32,000 nt of DNA. Origin: Paramicrosporidium saccamoebae KSL3 (Eukaryota; Fungi; Cryptomycota). The DNA lies in the NCBI GenBank assembly GCA_002794465.1, contig MTSL01000150.1, positions 149,269 to 181,268 on the forward strand, read 5' to 3'. This document shows positions 10,537-19,576 of the stretch, piece by piece. The notes beneath the pieces were generated by a model, which was not told where the DNA came from, did not search any database, and worked only from the letters and a program-made list of their open reading frames with translations. Each line of letters starts with the position of its first letter. Position 1 is the first letter of the stretch. A program made the translations under genes and the position numbers.

Positions 10537-10728
10537 CAACGAAGGGGGTCCTTGACAAACTTGAACCGAATAAAAACGCAATTTGCAAGGTTTGTGGTTT
10601 ATAATTTCTACGAGGCTTACGAGATCTAATTGGTGGATCTTGCTGGGCCTAATCTGTAGATTCCTAGATTATATATACTGCGAGGTTTGTGGCCATTACT
10701 GAGGAGTTTGCTCCGCCATATAATCTCC

Positions 10729-10838
10729 TAACCGATCCATCAGTAACCGATCCACCAGTAACCGATCCCCAATGTACTCTCTCAATAAATCTCCAACACA
10801 CTCGCTCTCTCAATAGATCCCCAATACACTCTCTTTCA
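10729..10838. repeat. Intergenic short tandem repeats: a 15-bp unit (about 2.7 copies), then a degenerate ~25-28 bp unit (about 3 copies)
   Basis: TAACCGATCCATCAG / TAACCGATCCACCAG / TAACCGATCC at 10729-10768. Then CCCCAATGTACTCTCTCAATAAAT / CTCCAACACACTCGCTCTCTCAATAGAT / CCCCAATACACTCTCT. Confidence 0.75.
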
Positions 10839-10882
10839 ACCGTAATGGTAAACCAAAAAGAAAAATCACATTAATCTGTCAA

Positions 10883-11802
10883 TTACTGACGTCTCGAGGA
10901 TCTGCGAGGAGTCATGCTGGGACTACGACTAGTCGCATTCTTCTTGGTGGGAGTTCTTGAAGCACTGCGACCGCGACCCGCGGCGCTCTTCTTGGGGGTG
11001 GATAGCTTCTTTGGCGACTTTGACGAGGATCTTGACCCTCGCTTGGTCCTGCCGCTTGGAGTGGACTCTTCCTTAGCAGCGGCTTTCTTGGCAGGAGACT
11101 TGGCAGCCGACTTTTTGGCGGGCGATGCCGCTTTCTTACCACCACGGGATCTAGCATCCACCTCCACTATGGGAACATTTTTTGAACAGCGGCAACAGCA
11201 GCACATCACGGCTGCCGCCAAGTAGAGTAATGAGCCCAACATGGCGTTGGGGACAGGCCAGACCTGCCAATCCTTCCCCCAATCCAGGGGAATTACCAGA
11301 CATGCGGCCCAATTTCCAAGCAACAATGCCGCAGTTCCATAGAACAGACACGCCTCGTGAGGATTGAGAAAGTTGCGGGACTTGAAAACGCGCTTCCAAG
11401 AGGAACAATGGGTAAGGATCGGTCCAAGGGAGAGGGTGGCGGGAAGGACTGTTAGTGAGGACATCCAGAACGACCAAGCCAGAGTTTGGCACATGTTTCT
11501 ATCTTGTCAGCCATAATCACGGGAATACTTGATTATGAACGCGCCAAAGACAAAAGCAACCAGATAGAAAAAGGCGGTTCCGAGAACAAGCGCCTTTACC
11601 GCCTCCACCTACTCATCAGAAATTGCTCCCGCCATACGATATTGCGACAACGGTTGGACCGAATCTGGAACGCGGACATCAGACTGGCAGCCACACCGGC
11701 CACAGTAAGGATGTGCCCGGGACAGCTAGCACAGCCTAATTTGCTGAAGAAGGGCGCCGCAAAGACGAGCGCGGCATTTAGCACTGCCAACACAAGAACC
11801 AT
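10883..11802 (-). CDS. GPI11: GPI ethanolamine-phosphate transferase subunit PIG-F/Gpi11 with a long basic C-terminal extension, 286 aa, 3 exons
   Basis: Exons 11802-11638, 11608-11529, 11498-10883 (introns 29 and 30 nt). PIG-F signature GNWAACLVIPLDWGKDWQVWPVP and the FYLVAFVFGAFI segment. Confidence 0.85.
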
Positions 11803-11849
11803 TCTATGAAAAGAAACTAATTATTTTTCCGTTTTGGACAAATCGATTT

Positions 11850-12827
11850 CTAAGACGCACGGGAGGCGGATCGACGGGGCCGTTCCCTGAGAGTGGATGA
11901 TTCAAGCGATCGCGACAAATGTGGAGTTATAAATGCAAGTTGGTAGCGATCGAAAAAGAGCCATCGCTTTGCCCAGATCGGCACAGATGCATACCATGTC
12001 TTGGGGAGGGGGAGGAGAGGACTGGTGCAGAATTTGTACTGTTTGTAGGCCATTAATCGATGGTTCCGACGATCATCCCGTGCCTCGGCCAGCGGGATTC
12101 CCGACACAAAGACCAAAAGCGTAAATGCCAATAATGGAGAGACGAACGATATTAGTGCGCGGGTCGGATAGACTGTCGCTAGTCCACTGGCGGCACTCAA
12201 CCAGACACCAAACCAAAGGAGAATTTCGCCAAAGTAATTCGGATGTCGGCTGTAGTGCCATAGTCCCGTGTCCAGAAACGGTCTGGCCCTCGGGTCACTT
12301 GTTCGCTGGGTAAAGCAATGTTTTTGAAAGTCGGAAATCCCCTCGCATAGGAAGCCAACCACCCAGCATGCCCAACCGACATGATCCAGCAACCCAACAG
12401 GTGTCTCCAGACGACACATATTGACCCACATTAGGGGAACGCTGGTGACCCACACCCAAACAGCCTGAAGTCCCCAAAACAATGCCAGTTTCGGGAGGGA
12501 GTCGCGCATTCGGTCGAACCGAGTGTCCTTCCGGCGTATGAGGACACGGAGCAGAAGGAATGAGCCTAGTCGTAGCGCCCAGAGTGACACCAGCATGGTT
12601 AACACCACTTGTCGCTCAAAATATGTTCCGCTAGCCAACAACCCAACAGTGGCGAGAATGAAAAAGTTGCTGGTTCCGGCAAAGTCGGTTACCTATCCGT
12701 TCAACTCGCTTGCTAATGGTCTTACCTTGTCAAACCGGTATATATAAGTAATTACAAAAAAGGCCGTCTGGTAGAGCACTGTAATGAGTAGGCTGTAGAG
12801 CGGCCATTGCTCAATAATCATGGCCAT
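11850..12827 (-). CDS. DUF1295 / steroid 5-alpha-reductase-like membrane protein, 314 aa, 2 exons
   Basis: Exons 12827-12726 and 12692-11850 (33-nt intron, GTAAGA donor). Motifs FDKVTDFAG, DTRFD, GLWHYSRHPNYFGEILLWFG. Confidence 0.9.
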
Positions 12828-12901
12828 AGTGCTTTGGGGAATTGGCCGCAACTTTCCCAATTCAGAAAACCTTCAAATGACTCTGACCAGCCAATCAGAT
12901 C

Positions 12902-13496
12902 ATGACTACTTTCCTGGAGCTTGATGACGCGAGTGTCTTGGAGACTGAGACGAAAAGGAATAGTTGCGCCTTGACAGGAATAGAACAGAATGGTCTAGTG
13001 GGGATAGAACCAAGTACTATCGTTCCAGCAGATACCCAAGATAATGTCCCAAGAAGCAAACCTAAAATATGCAGGCCGGCTAGTTCAGAACGTATACTCT
13101 CTTTGTTGCTAACTGTAGTGTTACAACGACTATCAGCGTTTCTTCCAGAGATGAGACGCGCAAATGTCGAACTGCAAACAAAAGATCCGAAAATGTACAA
13201 TATAGAGGTGGAGGAGGGATCGGACGTGGAGCAAGTTGTTGAAATGGTACATTCACAAAGAGCGTCTGATAGTTTAGAATTTGGGCATGGGAGTCTATGA
13301 AGACACCACTGGGGCTGCGCAAGAAGGGCTGACGACTCTCAAAATGCCAGGAGATGCGGAAGAACGAAAGCGGCCTGTAAGTGTGCTACTTTCTGACGCT
13401 GACACAGAACAGACTGACTGTTCCGACAGTTCGGATAGCTCGGATAGCCCTGATGACGAAATAGAACAACAGGACGATAAAACTATAGAACAATAG
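12902..13496 (+). CDS. NOPCHAP1/DUF4598-like protein (box C/D snoRNP NOP58 chaperone-like), ~178 aa, 3 exons
   Basis: Exons 12902-13091, 13119-13246, 13278-13496 (introns 27 and 31 nt). Spliced SSELLQRLSAFLPEMRRANVEL...VVEMNLGMGVYE plus an acidic tail matches the DUF4598 pattern as I recall it. Confidence 0.72.
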
Positions 13497-13500
13497 ATCT

Positions 13501-15099
13501 TTATATGCTGATGGGTGTGACTGTGCTCGAAATACATTGGATCGAGAGTTGCTGTGTGGTGGAAATGACAGATTTAATGATACGCTGCTTCAATGCCGAT
13601 TCCCCATTATGGCGGATATTGATCATCATCCGCACATTATCATCCACACATAGCATGTAATCCCGAACTGCACAGAAGGAGCCCAGGTTCTTGATTACCT
13701 CAGTGCCAACCTTGCGAGCATTGCTTTCATTCTTAGGTAGGACAATGTCGATCCTTTGGATCAGAGAAGAGGCTCTAGAGATGTTTATGATGTGCACTTG
13801 CGAGAGCACACTGTTGGGATAGTACACTTGAACGCCCACAGAGTTCTCCAACAGAGAGGATATCAAGCCAATCCGTCGCACATGGAAGCTGTCCTTTTCA
13901 ATACGTACCTCGTCGCTGACATCAAACGGATGGATGTAGAACGTAAAGGTGATGGAAATGATGATGGAGGTTATTGACTGTCCAAAAATCACTGTCAGCG
14001 CCATCACGGTCGGAGTAATGGACACACCGAGCGGTATGAGATATGCGTTGGGCTTGAATCCCAGGACTGGCAACACCACAAAGATTATTAGCAACACATT
14101 GACGACTGTAAAGAATCGCTGAAGTTGAGAGAATAGTCGATCTTGCTCAACAATTTCCTCCTTCAATTTCTTGGCCTTCTTTTTAATGTTGTCGAATATT
14201 GTCTGGAGATCCTCCTCTGATCCCACAATCTGGCTTATCAGTGGCGTGCTAATCGGAGTAGATCTGCTCGTATCGACAAGTATAGAGTCGGCATAGTCCA
14301 GCCACACGATATCTGGGTATCCTTGTTGAGAGTCCCTGAAGGCTGACCAACAGCGGGTGGCCAAGGCATTGGAATCAATTATTGACATTCCCTCTGCGGC
14401 CTGCCGGACTCGGCGGCGACAAGTATACTCCAAATGTGCATCGCTCCACGAGTATATGCCGTGGCGCCACTTTCCGAGGATGAGTGACTCTTGTTGGAGC
14501 ATAGGCTTTGTGAACTTGACGGCCACAAATGTGGACACAATGTGCTGCAGAGTTTCGCGGATTCGACTGTGCATCTTGGCCTCCCCGTATCGATATAGCG
14601 CAGCATGCACAATGACTTGCGACACAAAGCGCATGGCCGTGAATATGGCGAGGATGAATATTCCATAGCTGGAGAAAAAGGTCCATGGATGTTCATCCCA
14701 AGTGTCCAGAACGTCCGTCGGGAATGCTAGGATGATCAAGGACATGAGACCATGGGCGACCGCTTCTAGAAAAAAAGGCAGGGTTGCGATGAGCACGTCA
14801 ATGTACAGCTCCAGTTGCTTTGGAATGATGCATTGCAACACAATCCTTTCAATAAGAGACACCAGTGGCTCCTTAATAACCCAAGTCACGAGTTGAACTT
14901 GCACTACACAGCCCCACTTCACCTGTTCTCCAATGTCGGTCGAGAATAGGCCCGCAATGGTGAACCCCAACAGATTCACGGCCGTGTATCCAATGAGTAA
15001 TGCAAGTGTCACAATCCAGCCACGCTTTGGCGGTGCAAAATCAAATTCCGGCTGGGTATCGGGAATCACAAAGGCGGACTGACTTAATGCCTTGTTCAT
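13501..15099 (-). CDS. MscS-like mechanosensitive channel (copy 1), 532 aa
   Basis: Multiple TM segments; MscS beta-domain motif IHPFDVSDEV...YPNSVLSQVHIINISR. Confidence 0.88.
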   Translation of the reverse strand: MNKALSQSAFVIPDTQPEFDFAPPKRGWIVTLALLIGYTAVNLLGFTIAGLFSTDIGEQVKWGCVVQVQLVTWVIKEPLVSLIERIVLQCIIPKQLELYIDVLIATLPFFLEAVAHGLMSLIILAFPTDVLDTWDEHPWTFFSSYGIFILAIFTAMRFVSQVIVHAALYRYGEAKMHSRIRETLQHIVSTFVAVKFTKPMLQQESLILGKWRHGIYSWSDAHLEYTCRRRVRQAAEGMSIIDSNALATRCWSAFRDSQQGYPDIVWLDYADSILVDTSRSTPISTPLISQIVGSEEDLQTIFDNIKKKAKKLKEEIVEQDRLFSQLQRFFTVVNVLLIIFVVLPVLGFKPNAYLIPLGVSITPTVMALTVIFGQSITSIIISITFTFYIHPFDVSDEVRIEKDSFHVRRIGLISSLLENSVGVQVYYPNSVLSQVHIINISRASSLIQRIDIVLPKNESNARKVGTEVIKNLGSFCAVRDYMLCVDDNVRMMINIRHNGESALKQRIIKSVISTTQQLSIQCISSTVTPISI

Positions 15100-15126
15100 G
15101 CAAAATTAAACTTCCTAAAATGGTAT

Positions 15127-16980
15127 CTATTTATTCTCGTCTGGAGCGAGGAGTGCGACGCTACGGACTGTACTATAATATTCAATATTGAGGTTGTTGA
15201 CTTGCTGGGTGAGGAAACGCATGAATTTGTTATTCCGGAGGACTCGCTCAGGGCCGTCGTAAAAGTTTACTCGGTGTCTGAGAGCAATAATCAGGACCAG
15301 CAGATTCTGTTCTCTCATCTCATAACTACATGCGCGAATCGCGTCAAAGTCTCTACTCTCAGCCTGGATAAAGTCGGACAGACGCTTCTCCAATAGAGCC
15401 AGTGTCGCTGAAGAAGTGTTTGCGGGCAGTGATACTTCGATCCGTTGGCTCTGCAGTCCGGTTCGCCGCACATTGCAAATCGACTTGGTGGACAGCACAC
15501 TGTTTGGATAGCAAACAGTAAATCCGTCCCATCTCTCAAATATCGTAGAGAGCAGCTCAATCTTCCGGACAAAGTAGCTTCCCTGGTCCATGTAGACACG
15601 GTCCCCAACATCATAGGGATGTGTGGCGAACAGAAAGACAATTGCAGCAAAAATGGATTTGATCGATTCGCCAAAAATAAGCGTACACGCGACAATGGTT
15701 GGGGTGATGGAAACGCCAAGAGGGACGAGCGCCTCGGTGGGGCTGAAGCCAACGACGGGAAAGATGAGGAAGAAGATGATCATTCCGACCAGTATCAGCA
15801 TCAAGTGGTCAAGTCGTCGAATGACATCAGAATTGGTGGCTAGGATCTGGATGAGATCGGCTCGCTCCTGATAGACAGCATCCACCGCTTTTACAAATTC
15901 TGACTCGGACACGTCGCCGGCATTTCCAAAGTCCAGCACAGAAAACACCTTTTCCACCTCGCTGCGCGCAAAGAATGGTCTAATGTCCTCAATATGTAGC
16001 TCCTCTTTCCTATCTGGTCGCACCAAGAAGCGAAATAGCCGCTTGGCCATGGTTTGTTTCCGCTCGCCAGACTTTTTCCCCAGCTTTACAAAATGCTCCA
16101 AAATAAAGGTAGTCATTAGGTCCGCAGAGGCGTAGGGATAGCCCTTGAGCTTCCACAATTTGTCAAAATTTCCGACGTGCTGGGAAATCGGTGTATAGTT
16201 AAATATTGCGCCTGCTTTGCGGAGCACATCCATGGTCCACAAAGAGTACATGCACTTTTGGATTCGTTCTCGATAGAGTGACTGGTTAAATTCTTTTGAA
16301 ATCAAATGCAGCATCACCTTTTCAATAGTTACAAGGTATGTGGAGAGGCATATCATAAGAAAGGTCCGCTCCGTGTAGAATTGCCACGGGAGATGCACCC
16401 AATAGGTAGCACTCGCCGTCTTTGGTACTTCTCGAAGCAAATTCACTGGGTATGGCATGACAAGCACTGCCACCATCCACAGCACCGTACTGAACAAATT
16501 ATAGCAGAGATACTTCCAGATGAGAGAGACAATTTCTATGAACGCCGCAAATGCTGGAGAGAAAATCTGTCGGTTCCGTCGGCCAATGTGGGCAATCAAT
16601 TGCGGAGCGAGCAGTGAAGTGTAGCGCGTAATAATGACGCCAGCGGTGAAAATCTCGAGTACTATGAGCCACCTAGTCAGCTCAATCCAGTCATTGGTCT
16701 TTTCGAGTGGCACATACTGCCATAGCGTGTACCTTGCTCGCTGATAGACTCTGGCCTGGTAGAGACAAGCCACCGGAGTTAGGATCAAACACGAGGAGAC
16801 GGCAAGAAGTAGCGGCATTTTAGCAGCCGCAGGAATACGCTCCCAGAGCATTCGGACCCGACTCTCGTTGCGGTTCTCATTGTCCAAGTTGGAGGCACGC
16901 AGCTCAGGGAGCTTATTTTCAAGCACTACAAATTGTTCAGAGATCGGCACCGGGTCCGGCACTGCAGTTGCCAGTGACAT
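15127..16980 (-). CDS. MscS-like mechanosensitive channel (copy 2, Msy1/Msy2-type with EF-hand), ~617 aa
   Basis: Motifs THPYDVGDRV, YPNSVLSTKSICNVRR and an EF-hand-like DFGNAGDVSESEF. Start taken at ATG 16980 because the ORF-track start (17136) overlaps the QCR2 coding region. Confidence 0.9.
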   Translation of the reverse strand: MSLATAVPDPVPISEQFVVLENKLPELRASNLDNENRNESRVRMLWERIPAAAKMPLLLAVSSCLILTPVACLYQARVYQRARYTLWQYVPLEKTNDWIELTRWLIVLEIFTAGVIITRYTSLLAPQLIAHIGRRNRQIFSPAFAAFIEIVSLIWKYLCYNLFSTVLWMVAVLVMPYPVNLLREVPKTASATYWVHLPWQFYTERTFLMICLSTYLVTIEKVMLHLISKEFNQSLYRERIQKCMYSLWTMDVLRKAGAIFNYTPISQHVGNFDKLWKLKGYPYASADLMTTFILEHFVKLGKKSGERKQTMAKRLFRFLVRPDRKEELHIEDIRPFFARSEVEKVFSVLDFGNAGDVSESEFVKAVDAVYQERADLIQILATNSDVIRRLDHLMLILVGMIIFFLIFPVVGFSPTEALVPLGVSITPTIVACTLIFGESIKSIFAAIVFLFATHPYDVGDRVYMDQGSYFVRKIELLSTIFERWDGFTVCYPNSVLSTKSICNVRRTGLQSQRIEVSLPANTSSATLALLEKRLSDFIQAESRDFDAIRACSYEMREQNLLVLIIALRHRVNFYDGPERVLRNNKFMRFLTQQVNNLNIEYYSTVRSVALLAPDENK

Positions 16981-17062
16981 TGAGCCCGTCCGATGGTGCC
17001 ACCACCGAGTAGGTCCAATAAAATTTCCCGGACCTGGACCAATCAGAGAAAAGACGATTCCA

Positions 17063-18592
17063 ATGCGACTGTGCTCCACTATATGCTCGGTGCGTTCCAG
17101 ACGGTTGTTCTCAGGACAGACACAACTCGACGCCATGAGCCAGGAGATATTTAAGGAGGCTGTTCGTGGGAGTCATACTGGTGCCAAGTCGGGGAGCGAG
17201 CCGGATATCAAAACTCCGAAAAGCACTTCTACACCCCAACTGGCGGTGCTGGCTAACAATGTAATGGTTGCCACGTCTGGTGCCGTTAGCCCTGCAGTGG
17301 GTTTGATGTGGAAGATTCCTGCTGGTTCCCGTTATGAGGATGCCAGTACCACGGGCCTATCCCACTACCTCCGACACGCATTCTTTGCAGTATCACAAGC
17401 CTACTGTTGTGACAAGTTTGTAGGGGAATTCCAAGGAGAGTGGACTAGCTTTGGCTCGCAATTCAGAGTTTCGCGGTGCCAACGTTGCAATTGACAATTG
17501 TCGAGACTATGTTACCATTAGAGCAGAGTGTCCCAATGATGAAGCGTACTCGCAAGTCCTTTGTTGATTGCCTAGGTCTAATGTGGTCAAGAGCATTGGC
17601 AATATTCTCGCAAACTTCAAGCTCGAGTACCACCAGCTCGCTGATATTGAGGAGCGCGTGGTTCTGGATCGGGAGCTGTATGCGGGCGATGTGGAAGCCC
17701 AATTATGGGACAATGCCTTTGAAGTTGCCTTCCGTACCGGGCTGGGAAACTCGACCATCAGTTCTGGGAAAAATGAGAATGTGTCAGTTTCATCTTTGAA
17801 TTCGTTTTTGAAATCTTCATTTGAGAGATCAGGACACGTAGTCGTAGCGGATGGAATAGAGCAAGTTGAGCTAATGCAAGCTGTTAAGAGCTCTTTTAGC
17901 CAGACGGTTCCAAGCCATCGGCCCGGAGTACCTCAAAAGTTCTTTGGTGGTGAGAGACGTTTCGAGTGGCAGGGTGAGCAGAATCATGTATTGGTTGCTT
18001 TTGGCACTTCCGGCTCTGTGGACAGGACAGAAGCAAATGCGATCCGCATCTTAAAGGCACTCATCGGGGCGCATACGTCTGTTCGCTATGGGACATTGCA
18101 GTCGCATCTCACTGGGCTGAAGGGAATCTTTGCCAAGAACAATTCCGTGTCCATGAGCGTTGCCAGTACTGAATGTGTCGATGGAGGACTCCTTGGGATC
18201 AAAGTCACCACCCCCCGCCAGTTTGGTGTGAATGCCGTCTTGGATACCCTTTGCGGTGATTTGAAATCTTTGACGCAGGGAAATCTCACCCCTGATGCCT
18301 TGGTTGCTGCAAAGACTCGAGCCTCTTTTGAACTGGTCTCTGCGCTTGATAGTCGTGATGGACACATTTCATTCCTTGCAAACCAGGTAAAGATCTCCTC
18401 TTTAGTTTTATTTGGTAGGCATTAGCAGACGGCAAGATTAGCGATCCTGTTAACGACCATCTCAAGCAAATCTCATCCATGACAACAAATGAATTCAAAA
18501 ATATCATTTCCAAGATTCTCCTCCGCAAGTCAGTCATGATCAGTGCCGGTAATTTGAAGGAACTGCCTTATGCTGATGAAATTTCCTTTTAA
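17063..18592 (+). CDS. QCR2: Cytochrome bc1 complex core protein 2 (non-catalytic M16B), 477 aa, 4 exons
   Basis: Exons 17063-17389, 17424-17545, 17576-18386, 18419-18592 (introns 34, 30, 32 nt). Presequence-like MRLCSTICSVRSRRLFS; AGSRYE...GLSHYLRH (HxxEH changed to HxxRH); C-terminal GNLKELPYADEI. It lacks the MPP-alpha glycine-rich loop. Confidence 0.82.
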
Positions 18593-18625
18593 TAAAGTAT
18601 AATTATCCTTAACCTTGCGGATTGT

Positions 18626-18862
18626 ATGCCGCAGCGTGACGCGCAAGGTTACATTGTAATACAAGACAGCGACTCGCAGTCCATCAATCTCGTTCCACTG
18701 GTGAGTGCACAACACTACTTGGCTCGATTCTACAGCTCCCTGGCCCGCTTTCTAGAACGTTTCGTCTCCCGAAAAGGCTACCAAGTCTTTTCCACCTACT
18801 TTTTCTACCCGCTGCTCTCTGGCGGTCTCTCTGCAAGCATTGCATATATACGTCGACGTTAA
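18626..18862 (+). CDS. Small ORF A (78 aa) with a C-terminal hydrophobic segment and RRR tail; alternatively exon 1 of a spliced gene shared with ORF B
   Basis: ATG-initiated ORF filling the gap after QCR2; ends ...YFFYPLLSGGLSASIAYIRRR*. It contains a possible 35-nt intron at 18701-18735 (GTGAGT...TACAG). Confidence 0.4.
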   Translation: MPQRDAQGYIVIQDSDSQSINLVPLVSAQHYLARFYSSLARFLERFVSRKGYQVFSTYFFYPLLSGGLSASIAYIRRR

Positions 18863-19041
18863 TGGAATACAACGCTCCATATAATGATAGTCCGTGCCGG
18901 TGGCCGTCATGGCTTACTTGGTCTGGTTGGATGTCACTTCATTTGGCTGTGCTGCCCTTCATACAGGGTTGCATGTTCTCTCTCGGCTTTTATCTCACCC
19001 GCACCAAGCTAATCCCACTCATCCGCGCTGCCTCAAACTGA
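18862..19041 (+). CDS. Small ORF B (59 aa), single TM, Mim1/Tom13-like motif
   Basis: MEYNAPYNDSPCRWPSWLTWSGWMSLHLAVLPFIQGCMFSLGFYLTRTKLIPLIRAASN*. It falls below the 60-aa ORF-track cutoff. LPFIQG resembles the Mim1 LPFINGMMLGFG motif as I recall it. AATAAA follows near 19098. Confidence 0.5.
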   Translation: MEYNAPYNDSPCRWPSWLTWSGWMSLHLAVLPFIQGCMFSLGFYLTRTKLIPLIRAASN

Positions 19042-19113
19042 CCTTGTCCATTTACCCGGCTCTCACATTAATCATCAAGTTGATCCCACACATTACAAAT
19101 AAATGGCTTTATT

Positions 19114-19548
19114 CTAGTACTCTTCTGCCAGCTGTGCAACAGTTTGACTCCTTCGAGCGGGCTCCAGGATGTGTTGCTCAAACTCTAAAGCAGCCTTACT
19201 GGTCGTCTTGGAAAACTGTATCCTCTAAGGAGATTAGGCACGATCTATGCAGCGGTACCAGTGACTTGCCAAAGAAGGGATATCCTTGAAGGGAGCGCAT
19301 GGCCGAAACGGCACTAGGTAGTTCTTTGTAGACAATGAACGCCTGTCCGCGCGCCTTGGAGGTTTTTAGGGCTACTATATCCAATATCTGGCCGTACTGG
19401 CTGAACAGGCCATATAGACAACGCTTCAGTTCTAAAAGGGTCAATCTCGAAAGGGCTAGATACCGTCCTTCTTGAGCTTCTCATTAAGGTTATTTATGTA
19501 CAAGGTTTGGGACGGTGCGAGTTGAAGAGGGGCGGTTTCAGTATTCAT
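19114..19548 (-). CDS. U1A/U2B''-family snRNP protein with a single RRM, 122 aa, 3 exons
   Basis: Exons 19548-19464, 19431-19259, 19224-19114 (introns 32 and 34 nt). [49 protein letters not shown]...GKSLRIQFSK. TAG is followed directly by AATAAA. Confidence 0.92.
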
Positions 19549-19576
19549 AATCAACCTGACCAGGCCTGCCACGACA
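19549..19576. promoter_or_regulatory. Putative bidirectional promoter region: 28 nt between divergent start codons (U1A/U2B'' / NAB2)
   Basis: Divergent ATGs at 19548 (-) and 19577 (+). The promoter function is inferred. Confidence 0.5.

Noticed and set aside
16868-17136. Apparent overlap of the MscS copy 2 N-terminus (start 17136) with QCR2, including ATGs sharing a CATG palindrome
   Set aside because: ATG 17063 gives QCR2 a presequence and ATG 16980 gives MscS a plausible start, leaving an ordinary 82-nt divergent gap.
17360-17385. HYLRH as an active inverted zinc motif (MPP-beta)
   Set aside because: The catalytic Glu is replaced by Arg and the C-terminus is QCR2-like, so this is a non-catalytic core protein.
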